Notes under the pieces: generated by a model | What the model saw: the letters and a program-made list of their open reading frames with translations, nothing else | Told to the model about the DNA's origin: nothing | Databases searched by the model: none | Assembly (NCBI GenBank): GCA_035506275.1 | Contig: DATJPT010000014.1 | Coordinates: forward strand, 23,736-87,735 | Source of the DNA: Bacteroidota bacterium | Lineage (GTDB): Bacteria > Bacteroidota > Ignavibacteria > UBA10030 > UBA8401 | DNA: 64,000 bases | Direction of reading: 5' to 3' | Translations under genes and position numbers: made by a program | Shown here: positions 28,407 to 38,669 of the stretch, piece after piece | Position numbering within the stretch: position 1 is the stretch's first letter | Layout of the letters: every line of letters begins with the position of its first letter

Positions 28407-31400
28407 ATGAAACCGATCAAAATGCTTTTTGTTTTTGCCCTTTTTTTCGTCTTCAGCTCTTTGAGCTTAGCACAGCAGAACCATGCCATGCAAGTGGTAC
28501 ATAGCCGGACGCCAGGCATTGTCAAGCAACTTTCTTTGAAATCCATCAGCCGCATGGATCCAACGGTTCGCTTGAATCTTGTTTTTTGCCTTCCACTACG
28601 CAATCAACAGGCTCTCACGACTTTGCTCCATGACCTTTACGATCCAACGAGTCCGCGGTATCACCAATTCCTGTCTCACTCAGAATTCATTTCGGAATTC
28701 AGTCCAACTGAGACAGATTATCAATCAGTGATTTCATTTGCTAAGGCTAATGGACTCCTCGTTACGAATACTGTCCCGGACAGGATGCTCATAGATGTAA
28801 ACGGTTCTGTTCCTGATATTCAAAAAGCTTTGAACGTCAACATGGTAATTTACAAACATCCAACGGAAAATCGAGAATTCTATTCATCGGATGTCGAACC
28901 GTCAGTAAACTTATCGGTACCAGTTCTTGCGATAAGGGGGTTAGATAATTATGAAATACCTCGCCCCGCAGATTTAAAAGTTAACCCTACTCAAACAGCT
29001 GTCCTTCCCGCGGTTGGAAGCGGGCCGAACGGAACGTACATCGGAAATGATTTCAGGACTGCATATGTTCCAAGCGTTTCGCTAAATGGTCACGGCCAGG
29101 CGGTTGGACTTCTCGAATTTAATTCGGGTTTTTATCAGAGCGATATAACTGCTTATGAACAACTCGCCGGTCTTCCAAATGTTCACATAAGTTCAGTTTT
29201 GTTGGATGGATGCAGTGGTACTCCTGACCAAAATGATATAGAGGTATCGATTGACATTGAGATGGCGATATCTATGGCTCCTAATTTGGATTCAGTGACA
29301 GTCTATGAAGGAGAATTCAGTACAGATATTCTGGAAGCTATGGCATCAAATACTTCCATCAAACAGTTTAGTGCATCGTGGGCCTTTTGGGAAGATTACT
29401 CGTCGGATCCTCAATGGTTCGCTACCCTTTCCGCACAAGGCCAATCTTTTTTTAATGCTTCAGGTGATTGGGGTGCATGGGGCTCTTACTATGGGTCTGC
29501 GATTGACGATCCCAACGTTACGATTGTAGGCGGAACAGTCCTATCCACGACGGCGCCTGGTGGTGCTTGGTCATCGGAAACAGCGTGGATTGCAAGCGGA
29601 GGCGGAATTTCCTCCAACGGAATTGGACTCCCAAGTTATCAGCAGGGCATTGCTAATTCCGCCAATGGCGCATCAAATACTTATCGAAACGGACCTGATG
29701 TTGCCATGAATGCCACCAATGTTTGGGATATTTATAACAATGGATCGGCGGAAGCCGTACAAGGTACTAGTGTATCATCCCCACTGTGGGCTGGTTTCAT
29801 GGCCTTAGCCAATCAACAAGCTGTGTCACTTGGTGATGGTCCGCTCGGCTGCATAAATTACGCGATTTACCCGCTCGGTGAAGGAAACGCATACACCTCT
29901 GCTTTCCACGACATAACAACTGGAAATAATAATAAATATGGAAACTTCGGATATAATGCAGTATCCGGTTACGATCTCGTTACAGGTTGGGGCTCTCCAA
30001 AAGGTCAAACACTGATTAATTTTCTCTCTAACCCTGTTTGGGGAGGTACGAAACTTTTATCGTCAAGTTATACAGTCCCAAGCGGACAATCTTTGATAAT
30101 TGAGCCGGGTGCAAACCTGAAATTTGCAAGTGGAGCTTCCCTTGTTGTAAACGGCATGCTGGAAGCCGTAGGTACCTCCTCCCAGCCGATCGCATTCACC
30201 TCAACAGGCTCAACATCTCCAGGTAGTTGGGGGTCGATTCAGTTAAACGGTTCCGCTGCAAACAGCTCAACTATCAGCTTTGCAAATATCCAGTATGGAA
30301 CAGAGGTGGATGTAAACACTGCTAATAATGTTACCATACAAAATTGTAATATCACAAATAATTTGCTGAATGGCATAAATGTCACGTCGTCCTCTAATTT
30401 TACCGCACAATATAACACAATCAAGAATACAAACGCCTATCATGGAATTATTATCACGGGCGGTTCAAATAACAATTGTTATTATAATGTTATTTCCAAA
30501 ACGAATCATGGGCACAACGGAGCCGGAATACTGTATTCTGGTTCGAGCGGAACAGTCGGAGAGAACGATATTGATTATTATAATTGGGGTATTGCTGGTA
30601 TCTGGGGCGCATCACCTAGTGCGGACCTTGACCAAGCTGGAATTAAAAACAACCGCGTTACGAACTGCTTGATTGGGCTTTATATGTATCATCTGAGTTA
30701 TGGTGAATTTGGAGTCAGCACTTCATATCCTTCATGGGGTTTAAATAGTATTTACAATAATAGTAGCTATAATGCCCTTGTTGGCGATGGGAGTACTGCG
30801 AGCGGACTTTATGCAGAGTGCGATTGGTGGGGGAGCTATCCTCCTAATTCATCGTTGTGGTACGTATACTCGGGGTGCTACGGTTACTTTACTTATCCGC
30901 TTACCGCTGACCCATGGGCTGGATATCCCACTCCGTCCATCAAACAGATTGAGAATAGTCTCGAAGTTACACCGCGCATAGCTCAAAACAATAGCCACAG
31001 CAGTCCCATGAACTCAATTCAAAATCCTGTTGCAGTTCAATCAAATCTTCCAGATTCTCTTTTAATTGGAGTAGCACTACGGGATCAGAATAACTTCACA
31101 GCAGCAAAAGATTTCTTCCTGTCATACCTGAATTCGCATCCGGATAACCAAGCGGCTTATGTGTATCTCTACAGCTGTGCGGATAGTGCAACGACACCGG
31201 CCATCATCCAGTATTTCACCAATCTGCCGAAGCAAGCCGCCCCCGACCACAAGCTCCTCTTGGCCAATCTGTATCTTATGCAGGGCAATGTTACTTCAGC
31301 TAAACAGGTTAACAATGCCATTATAGCTGCAAATCCAAATACGCCTCTTGCAGTAAGAGCAGAGCTCAACAACCTATCCATCGCGTTATATTCTGAGAAC

Positions 31401-31841
31401 GACGTTAGCACTGCTTCAGCAATTCTGACTCAGGTAGAGAGTCAGGCCAGCTTAACAACCCCGATGGAATTATCGACTGCTGAAGCCGCATTCAAGTATT
31501 ACGTTAATCCCCAGACAGGACAAATGTCCAATAGCAGCGCTGGACAAAGTGGTAGTTCAACCGATGTAGTTCAATCTAATGATACTGGGTCTCTTCAGAA
31601 TTATCCCAATCCTTTCAACCCGACGACCACCATCAGTTACCAAATTCAGAATAGTGGTCATGTCACGATCAAGGTATTTGATGTTCTGGGGAGAGATGTA
31701 ACGACATTGGTAGATGAATTCAAGCCAGCTGGCCGCTATACCGCGCAATTCGATGCCTCTCGTCTTGCAAGCGGCATTTACTTCTATTCGATCAAGTCGA
31801 GCAATTACAATGCTGTGAAAAAAATGTTATTGCTCAAGTAA
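28407..31841 (+). CDS. T9SS-secreted sedolisin (peptidase S53) with pro-kumamolisin N-domain and parallel beta-helix repeats
   Basis: signal peptide; S53 active-site GTSVSSPLWAG; PbH1-like repeats (NVTIQNCNITNN...); C-terminal NYPNPFNPTTTISYQ...GIYFYSIKSSNYNAVKKMLLLK; AAGGAG SD. Confidence 0.75.
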   Translation: MKPIKMLFVFALFFVFSSLSLAQQNHAMQVVHSRTPGIVKQLSLKSISRMDPTVRLNLVFCLPLRNQQALTTLLHDLYDPTSPRYHQFLSHSEFISEFSPTETDYQSVISFAKANGLLVTNTVPDRMLIDVNGSVPDIQKALNVNMVIYKHPTENREFYSSDVEPSVNLSVPVLAIRGLDNYEIPRPADLKVNPTQTAVLPAVGSGPNGTYIGNDFRTAYVPSVSLNGHGQAVGLLEFNSGFYQSDITAYEQLAGLPNVHISSVLLDGCSGTPDQNDIEVSIDIEMAISMAPNLDSVTVYEGEFSTDILEAMASNTSIKQFSASWAFWEDYSSDPQWFATLSAQGQSFFNASGDWGAWGSYYGSAIDDPNVTIVGGTVLSTTAPGGAWSSETAWIASGGGISSNGIGLPSYQQGIANSANGASNTYRNGPDVAMNATNVWDIYNNGSAEAVQGTSVSSPLWAGFMALANQQAVSLGDGPLGCINYAIYPLGEGNAYTSAFHDITTGNNNKYGNFGYNAVSGYDLVTGWGSPKGQTLINFLSNPVWGGTKLLSSSYTVPSGQSLIIEPGANLKFASGASLVVNGMLEAVGTSSQPIAFTSTGSTSPGSWGSIQLNGSAANSSTISFANIQYGTEVDVNTANNVTIQNCNITNNLLNGINVTSSSNFTAQYNTIKNTNAYHGIIITGGSNNNCYYNVISKTNHGHNGAGILYSGSSGTVGENDIDYYNWGIAGIWGASPSADLDQAGIKNNRVTNCLIGLYMYHLSYGEFGVSTSYPSWGLNSIYNNSSYNALVGDGSTASGLYAECDWWGSYPPNSSLWYVYSGCYGYFTYPLTADPWAGYPTPSIKQIENSLEVTPRIAQNNSHSSPMNSIQNPVAVQSNLPDSLLIGVALRDQNNFTAAKDFFLSYLNSHPDNQAAYVYLYSCADSATTPAIIQYFTNLPKQAAPDHKLLLANLYLMQGNVTSAKQVNNAIIAANPNTPLAVRAELNNLSIALYSENDVSTASAILTQVESQASLTTPMELSTAEAAFKYYVNPQTGQMSNSSAGQSGSSTDVVQSNDTGSLQNYPNPFNPTTTISYQIQNSGHVTIKVFDVLGRDVTTLVDEFKPAGRYTAQFDASRLASGIYFYSIKSSNYNAVKKMLLLK

Positions 31842-31868
31842 CTCAATTCTTTTTTTGTCGTGTAAACA

Positions 31869-31901
31869 ATCCCCGAAACAGATGATGTTTCGGGGATTGT
31901 T
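31869..31901. terminator. rho-independent terminator between convergent genes
   Basis: perfect 14-bp stem caatccccgaaaca/tgtttcggggattg with 5-nt loop, T-rich tail on + strand. Confidence 0.65.
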
Positions 31902-31907
31902 TATCTA

Positions 31908-32390
31908 TTAATATGTCCCTCCGTCCACTGAATGAATCTCCCTGAAGAACGGCTCAAGTCTTAATTTGAGTTTTCCTTTTGGAGAACTTTCATCTCTTTC
32001 CCACCTTCCCAATGTCCCCGGGTCGACTCTGAGAATGAGGGCCAATGCGTGTTGGCTCATTCCCCGGACTTGCCGGTACGAGACGATCTTCTGTCCGGTC
32101 GTTTGTCCGGTGAAGAATGGAGAGGTGTAGCCGAGGAACTGGGTTATCCGGGGTATCAGGTGCACCATGGGTTCTCTCCGGCTCTTTTCCCAGTTGTATA
32201 CCGTATTCGTTGATACTTTCAGCAACTGGGCAACGTGCGTTGCCCCCCATCCGAGTTGAAGCCTTCTCTTTTTTATATGGTCTCCTACCGTCTTCGGCGG
32301 TTCGGTATATTGCATTTTTTGAGGTATTTTGGCCAAAAGACGGATATGGCAAAAGGCAACGCAGGGATGTCGGTGAGGAAATTGCAGCAA
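31908..32390 (-). CDS. tandem-HTH (two XRE-type HTH domains) regulator, intact copy of a repeated family
   Basis: HIKKRRLQLGWGATHVAQLLKVSTNTVYNWEKS and MSQHALALILRVDPGTLGRWERDES; homologues at 21.3, 38.5 (fragment) and 41.0 kb. Confidence 0.6.
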   Translation of the reverse strand: MLQFPHRHPCVAFCHIRLLAKIPQKMQYTEPPKTVGDHIKKRRLQLGWGATHVAQLLKVSTNTVYNWEKSRREPMVHLIPRITQFLGYTSPFFTGQTTGQKIVSYRQVRGMSQHALALILRVDPGTLGRWERDESSPKGKLKLRLEPFFREIHSVDGGTY

Positions 32391-32500
32391 ACCAAATCAT
32401 AGATGCATTTGTACGCCAAATTTTAAGTGCAAAAGTACATGACAGGGACATCGAGACAAATACCTGATTCACGATATTGCGCTTGCCAATCTCATTCCTA
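32391..32500 (+). pseudogene. comM: decayed duplicate of a comM/yifB internal segment
   Basis: about 110 nt align with 41455-41580 (ggaaatt.c.gcaa...aagtacatg...acatcga), the start of the comM 3' fragment; frame broken by stops. Confidence 0.45.
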
Positions 32501-32937
32501 TTTTTTGGCGTCTATATGAACTGCCTTTTCAGAAAGACAATTCGGGGAATTAGATGCAACCATTCTTATAAATAATTCTCCATTTCATCAGAGAGTTCGG
32601 ATATATATACACGAAGGAGCGTATATATGGATTTTTGGAGTTGAATATGCTCTAAGGTGAAGTTTGCTTTGATCTAATCCTACAGAGGATATTCATATCA
32701 TCTAAGATTTTGGAAAAGTAATGGTAAAGTCCATATATAGTTCTTTTGATCCTAAAATGGTCCGAGCCGCTCTTTTGGCAAAACTGCATTAGGATTTTCA
32801 CAATGGAGGGCAGTGTAAATACCAATATCAATTCATGGGGCATAGGGGTATAATTGCCTAAATCTGTAACTAAACCATAGTCATAATGTATTTCACGTTC
32901 AATAATTATTATTAACTAAACTGTATGAGGAGAAAAA

Positions 32938-33219
32938 ATGGTTAACAAAATTGCAATTCAAGTGACCATTAACGGCGGGGCGGGCGGTCTTCACCTTAAT
33001 TTCAATATTGGCCTAGCCGGTGTCATAAATACCGACCATTCTCAGATACTCAACATTAATCTGAACAGTGGTCATTACACGATAATCGTTTCTGGATCGG
33101 CACCTTCGGGAGGCTCTGTTCAGGCAGTTTTTTCCGTTGTTGGAGGAGGAGTTTTGACAACCTCTCCCTTATATTCGAGTTCCTCTTTTGTGGACATGCT
33201 TTCCTTTGATGTTCCTTAA
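32938..33219 (+). CDS. small Gly/Ser-rich hypothetical protein
   Basis: 93-aa ORF directly upstream of a secreted protein gene; beta-rich composition. Confidence 0.35.
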   Translation: MVNKIAIQVTINGGAGGLHLNFNIGLAGVINTDHSQILNINLNSGHYTIIVSGSAPSGGSVQAVFSVVGGGVLTTSPLYSSSSFVDMLSFDVP

Positions 33220-33231
33220 GGAGGCTAGATC

Positions 33232-34428
33232 ATGAATAGTTTATATCTGATTTGTGCTTGTTTATTCGTAGTTCCGGATCTGACGATGTCCCAAGTGGGG
33301 CAATTTCAGGACTCATCAGCTGCGGCCAAAAATCCGATAGACTCTCTGATTTCGGTTTCCATTCAAAGGGCGAAAAATAGCTACAAAGTGAGTGCCAACT
33401 CGCAGCCGCAAAGCAGAAATTCCGAGACTTCCAACAAAATAGTCCAATTCTATGAGAGTGCCGTTAAGGGGAATTTTTTTTCTGGGGGGAACGGAAAGTA
33501 TGAATTTAAAGCGTCATTATACGGTCTCGAAGGTGTATTCCATGATTCTCTTTGGACAGTGGACACTGTCTACTTGCGTGGGGGGAACTATTGGACTAGA
33601 AATACCAACATTTCAGTAAATCTTTCCAGTGATCAAAATGGGGGAATTAATGGTCTCACTCCCACCATCAATTGCGCGATCATAAATAATAGAGATAGAA
33701 CAACAAAGAATTTTTTTGACGCTTTGGAACCGTATTGGACCAAAATTGACGGAGTTTTGCTCCCGGCAAGTTCGGTCCTCAATACAATGTCGAATCATGC
33801 AATGCGAGATAGTCTTCAAATTAATCTGAGGAATTGTTTACAACACAAGGATTTTTCGGGTCTTGATCGGTTTTGGTTAAGTTATATTGATGTCGATTCG
33901 TTAAAGAAAATCTTGAGTTCAATTAATGATTATTATGAAGATGTGGCTAAGTCTGTGGATCAAAGCTCGCTTTGGACAATTGGTGTTGGAGGGGGATTCC
34001 CAAAGGGGGCAGGGGATTCATTATTCCTGAACACTGAATATCATCATGGCCTGTTTGAGGGAAAGGACTTAGTGTTGAGTGGTACATTGGCTGTCGAGGA
34101 TACGGCAAATAACGGGTTATCGAAAATAAATAGAATCCAATGGCTCCTGTCAGCCGGAAGTGATTTTGTAATTTTGAGAGCGAATAAAGACTCCTCTTTG
34201 GTTGAAGGAAACTTTTCGCTTCAAGACGAGGGAATACCGATGGGATTGAAGAAAGGTGAGAACAATAATGAATTTGATCTGGCCCTGACCATTACTCCCT
34301 TAATATCGAAGAATCTTTACTTGCCTTTTACTATCAAATACGATCCGAGGATGCACAATTTTCTTGGATTTTTAGAATTGCAGTTTGATTTCAAACCCCC
34401 AAGTTCGAACGCTGTCGGTAGTGAGTAA
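33232..34428 (+). CDS. secreted hypothetical protein (398 aa)
   Basis: strong SD AAGGAGG; N-terminal signal peptide MNSLYLICACLFVVPDLTMSQ. Confidence 0.5.
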   Translation: MNSLYLICACLFVVPDLTMSQVGQFQDSSAAAKNPIDSLISVSIQRAKNSYKVSANSQPQSRNSETSNKIVQFYESAVKGNFFSGGNGKYEFKASLYGLEGVFHDSLWTVDTVYLRGGNYWTRNTNISVNLSSDQNGGINGLTPTINCAIINNRDRTTKNFFDALEPYWTKIDGVLLPASSVLNTMSNHAMRDSLQINLRNCLQHKDFSGLDRFWLSYIDVDSLKKILSSINDYYEDVAKSVDQSSLWTIGVGGGFPKGAGDSLFLNTEYHHGLFEGKDLVLSGTLAVEDTANNGLSKINRIQWLLSAGSDFVILRANKDSSLVEGNFSLQDEGIPMGLKKGENNNEFDLALTITPLISKNLYLPFTIKYDPRMHNFLGFLELQFDFKPPSSNAVGSE

Positions 34429-34746
34429 TGGAATAACAGTAATTACAAAAGGATCCAGGTGCGCAAAATGGAAAAGGTCAATATTTTTTTGGACAATGGA
34501 TTTTTTCTGCCTAGTGACCGAGCAAATAAATATTCCTGTGCACATTTGGCAAAAAGGGGGCCTTCGAGTTTGTTTAATGCGACGAATTCAACTGGTCGGT
34601 CATAGTGGTTTATCCGGGAAAACATGCAACGATGTGAGGGCGTGAGAATGTTGAGATGCGGATTATGTCCTTTTCATAGGAATATTCAATACTAGTTGCC
34701 GATACCTTTTTTGGGTAATGCGACGAGATAAAATAGGAGAAGGAGT

Positions 34747-35718
34747 ATGGAAAATGATGCTAAGTTATCGCCGCGCTGGTGGTTGGTGGGGTCAATTCTT
34801 TTTCTTTTGGTTGCGGTCGCAGGATATGTCTTATGGCACAATTACCATCAGGGGGCGAAAGACAATAGACTTAGCCGCTCTGAAATTGCTGAAGCGATAG
34901 CGATTTTGAAGAGCGATTCATCGAAATCGGACTTGGATCGGAAGAAAAATGCGATTGATTACGTAATGAAGAAAATGAAGCCCATATCTCATGCAGAGGA
35001 GGACAGCGTTCGAAGTGAGCTGATGAGTTATTCCGTAGACAAACTACAACTGAAGCTTGATGCTATTTATATTCGCACTCAGTCGTATTTCTGGCTGAGC
35101 GGAGATGAGAAGTACATCGAGGTGATCTTTTGGACGATTTTTGGCGTCCTGGCAAGTGTATTGTATTTTAGCTCAGAAGCCATGAGAGGTCTTGAATTCC
35201 GGAAGGAAGAATTCTATGTGTACGTGGCAAAAGTCTTTTATGCACCCCTGATCAGCCTTGTAATTGTGTTCAGCTACTCATTACTCACGGCGAGTAATGA
35301 TGTAAAATATGATTCCACATCTGTTGAGCTGCTCGCTATTTCTTTTGTTTTGGGATTTTTTTCTGGCCGGGCGATCGAGCTTCTCAACCGGCTCAAGGAA
35401 GTAATACTGCCTGCTGGTAAGAGTCCATCCTCCGAAAAGCAAATTACACTGACCGGCAAGATTGTTATTCCTCCCGAAGCAACAGATATTGATCCATCGA
35501 AAATTGAGGTCACGCTTGCTTCGAGCGCTAATCCGACGCAGAAAAACCAGGTCGTAGCAGATGTAAATGGAAGATACACCTTCACAGGGATCAAGGAGGG
35601 AATCTATGATATATCTGCATTAGCGCAAGGCAAAAGCAAAGCATATACAGCATCTGTCCCGAAGCGAAAGCTATCAAATGACAAACCGGATGATGTCGAG
35701 AACTTGACGCTTTCCTAA
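34747..35718 (+). CDS. membrane protein with C-terminal carboxypeptidase-regulatory-like beta-sandwich domain
   Basis: N-terminal and central TM helices; C-terminal VADVNGRYTFTGIKEGIYDISA CarbopepD_reg-like motif. Confidence 0.45.
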   Translation: MENDAKLSPRWWLVGSILFLLVAVAGYVLWHNYHQGAKDNRLSRSEIAEAIAILKSDSSKSDLDRKKNAIDYVMKKMKPISHAEEDSVRSELMSYSVDKLQLKLDAIYIRTQSYFWLSGDEKYIEVIFWTIFGVLASVLYFSSEAMRGLEFRKEEFYVYVAKVFYAPLISLVIVFSYSLLTASNDVKYDSTSVELLAISFVLGFFSGRAIELLNRLKEVILPAGKSPSSEKQITLTGKIVIPPEATDIDPSKIEVTLASSANPTQKNQVVADVNGRYTFTGIKEGIYDISALAQGKSKAYTASVPKRKLSNDKPDDVENLTLS

Positions 35719-35798
35719 TTATTATTGTAATTCACGGTTCCCTACTTGATTTGTTCGAAATTTAGATTCAATTCTTTGGTGGATGTAATTACGAAATA

Positions 35799-36446
35799 TT
35801 GAACATAGTGGAGGATACGACCATGAAGCCGAGATTTCTCATTCTGCTAATCCTACTGACCTCGTGCTCTTCCGGCTTTGCGCAAGATATTTATCATGAC
35901 TGCGGAATGGAGGGTAATGCAAAGCAAAGTAATGCGAAAGTGCTCAACAAGAAGAAGAATCGCTATGACATTCCAAAAGATTCTGACTATGACACAAAAG
36001 TTACACTGAAGGCCATGCTTGAACCTGGTGATGATGAAACGAGGTGGAGTGATGCTAAAGCAGGGGAAATCACCGGTTATGTAATTAGTGTTTCAAAAGG
36101 AGGAATTGAAACGTGTAATTGCAAAGCTACAGATCCATTTTATATGGATACACATATTGAGCTTCTGCTCGATCCGAAGCATCAGGATAAGACGAGCCGA
36201 GTCATAGTAGAAGTTACTCCAAGGTTTAGGAAAATGATGCAAGACAAACAAATTGACTGGACTACTGAAGGCTTGAAGAAAACAATATTGAAAAAATGGA
36301 TTAAGGTTCAGGGCTGGCTGTTGTTTGACGAAGAACACAAGGCTGAAGCTAAGAATACCAATCCAACAAATAAGAAAGATTGGCGAGCAACTGCGTGGGA
36401 AATTCACCCTTTGACTAACATTGAACTCCTTTCGAGTCCAAAATAA
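35799..36446 (+). CDS. lipoprotein, hypothetical
   Basis: lipobox LLTSCSSG; GGAGGA SD. Confidence 0.5.
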   Translation: MNIVEDTTMKPRFLILLILLTSCSSGFAQDIYHDCGMEGNAKQSNAKVLNKKKNRYDIPKDSDYDTKVTLKAMLEPGDDETRWSDAKAGEITGYVISVSKGGIETCNCKATDPFYMDTHIELLLDPKHQDKTSRVIVEVTPRFRKMMQDKQIDWTTEGLKKTILKKWIKVQGWLLFDEEHKAEAKNTNPTNKKDWRATAWEIHPLTNIELLSSPK

Positions 36447-37068
36447 TTCAATAATAAGGCTGGTGTATCCGATGCTTTACGCAATTCTTGGCTCACTTTG
36501 GTTCTGGATTCCTTTCGGATGGCTTTTTCTGATTGCGGTTTTGTCGTTACGAGAATTTAAAATTCACGGCACCCGCTCAGAGCCCTATTCATTAAAAATG
36601 ATTCGAGAATCTATCTCGACCGGAATTACTGTCGTAGGCATATTTATACTAGGCCTGGCGACACTTGTGATTTGGTTACGCGAACATTACGGCCAAGGAG
36701 TATCCACCGAGATTGTACCTGTCTTCGTGGCGATTTTCTTTTTTTCCGGTGCCCTCATTGTTGCGCTGTATCTTCTCTATTACAGTGCCACCGAATTTGA
36801 AGATGAAAATAAAATGATTGCCAAGAATAAGAAGAACCATCTATTTATGATTTGGTACGGCCTTGCCGCACATTTAGTTCTTGTAGGTGTCTTTGTCCTT
36901 TTTTCCTATTTCGGTTTCATATTTAGAATTGATAAACTTCATTTCGTACAACTAGAACAGACTGGACCGAATTACAAACATGATCAAGTGAATATCGGTG
37001 CGGATTCATCCGCATCACGAAACAAAGATTCGCTCGTTCTTTTTCCACAAATCCGAAAGGGAAAATAG
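36421..37068 (+). CDS. polytopic membrane protein (candidate immunity-type protein)
   Basis: 4-5 hydrophobic helices. Confidence 0.4.
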   Translation: MNSFRVQNNSIIRLVYPMLYAILGSLWFWIPFGWLFLIAVLSLREFKIHGTRSEPYSLKMIRESISTGITVVGIFILGLATLVIWLREHYGQGVSTEIVPVFVAIFFFSGALIVALYLLYYSATEFEDENKMIAKNKKNHLFMIWYGLAAHLVLVGVFVLFSYFGFIFRIDKLHFVQLEQTGPNYKHDQVNIGADSSASRNKDSLVLFPQIRKGK

Positions 37069-37070
37069 TC

Positions 37071-37535
37071 ATGTTGTCATCACTGGACTTTATTTCTCCT
37101 CATGATAATCAACTTCTTTTTGAGGGTGAAAACAAAGATGACCTAGCTACTGGAGCTGATCTCATTTTGGAATTTCGTAACCCTCAGGGTTTTAAAGAAG
37201 CGCCTAAGAAGGAATTTGCTTTGGTGTTTGGCATGCTTTGTCTCATTTTGATCGGTAGCCCACGAAAACACCGGAACTATCGACTCAAGACATACGCTTT
37301 GCGAGAGCAATTCTTACCAGGCATTGCTGAAGACCTCAACAAGCGAGCGGTTTTTCAGTCTTCATTCCGACCAGCACTCAAGGAGCTTCGAAATGACAAT
37401 CTACACACCCTGGACGACTTCGACCAATTTTTCGACAGCAGAATCCTTGGCCTGAAGGTAGAAGATCCTTTCGTAGAAGAACCTTTCATAGTGAAGATTC
37501 GAGTCCCGTTCTCCAAGAGAGAATTGACTCTATGA
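37071..37535 (+). CDS. hypothetical protein
   Basis: ORF starts 3 nt after the preceding gene; no motif recognised. Confidence 0.35.
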   Translation: MLSSLDFISPHDNQLLFEGENKDDLATGADLILEFRNPQGFKEAPKKEFALVFGMLCLILIGSPRKHRNYRLKTYALREQFLPGIAEDLNKRAVFQSSFRPALKELRNDNLHTLDDFDQFFDSRILGLKVEDPFVEEPFIVKIRVPFSKRELTL

Positions 37536-37677
37536 TCCACACCGTGATCGTATTTTCTTACCGTTCTACTTCGCCCACGGATCATCCAGGCCCTCACAAC
37601 ATTTTTGGATTCGACAAAGTAAAAAGCGAGATCATAATTACAGAATAATATTTTCAAGATGTTGCACTATCTGAGGT

Positions 37678-38460
37678 GTGCCGAAAATGCCACGAAAGTT
37701 TTACCTACTCGGTCATAATCCGAATACGGTTCCAGATGCCGTTCAATGTTTGCAGGATGGCGCGAATGGTCTCGAACCTGATGTTTATTATGACTCTGAA
37801 AAGCCCGAAAAATTTTTCGTTCAAGAGTCACCGGCGATATGGGATGTATTTTCAAAAACACCTCCATCCCTGCAAGAGTATCTGAAAGACCTTAGTGCTC
37901 AGCTTTTACAAAACCGTGGATTCAATTTGGCGTTGATCGCTTTTGATCTGAAAAACGCAAATGATTTTGATATAAGAGCATTATACGATATGATCAGAAT
38001 TCATTTTTCAAATACTCATCCCAAGGTTGCAATACTCACAACGGTCGGAGAATCGACATCGATGGGTAGTGTCACATGCATTCAAAATCAAGGATTGTAT
38101 GAGAGCATTGGGGTCGATGGAGGAACGACGGCTGATCAGGCGGATGATTTCTTCAAAAACCGAAATCTCCACTACACCTATGGCAATGGGAACAGCGTGC
38201 TATCGTCAACACTGGATCAATATGTGAACGAGATTCGCCGGGCAACTGAACTTCGCGATGCAGGAAATGGAAATAGTTTTAAGATGGTTTACCCATGGAC
38301 AGTAAATAATGAAAATAAAATGAAACTATACCTTGATATGCCAAGAGGAATTGATGGGATGATTACCGGAGAAGTAAAACAACTTTGGAATATCCTTCAA
38401 AAACCGGAATATCAGCAGAAATACTGTTTGGCGACGTCTGCAGACAAGCCGTTTTCTTAA
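37678..38460 (+). CDS. PLC-like phosphodiesterase, sphingomyelinase-D/GDPD-like
   Basis: N-terminal LLGHNPN...GANGLEPDVYYD matches the SMaseD pattern MGHMVN...GANSIETDVSFD (catalytic His plus E-x-D metal site). Confidence 0.45.
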   Translation: MPKMPRKFYLLGHNPNTVPDAVQCLQDGANGLEPDVYYDSEKPEKFFVQESPAIWDVFSKTPPSLQEYLKDLSAQLLQNRGFNLALIAFDLKNANDFDIRALYDMIRIHFSNTHPKVAILTTVGESTSMGSVTCIQNQGLYESIGVDGGTTADQADDFFKNRNLHYTYGNGNSVLSSTLDQYVNEIRRATELRDAGNGNSFKMVYPWTVNNENKMKLYLDMPRGIDGMITGEVKQLWNILQKPEYQQKYCLATSADKPFS

Positions 38461-38530
38461 TTACCGATGTTCTCAGTCCGTCCGCCGTCTGAAAGACACT
38501 CCCTGAAGAAAGGCTCAACCCTTAATTTGA
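38461..38530 (-). pseudogene. 3'-terminal remnant of the tandem-HTH regulator family
   Basis: minus strand encodes ...KLKLRVEPFFRE..., matching the family C-terminus; abuts palindrome gctgactagatatagtcagc. Confidence 0.45.
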
Positions 38531-38669
38531 GTTTTCCCGTAATCCGGTTGCTGACTAGATATAGTCAGCATACTGTCGGTTTGCACAGTACTTAAAAATG
38601 ACAAGATATTAGAACCGAGTTTGGACTATTAATTGTTCATAAAATTAAAACTGACAAAATTGAGACCTT

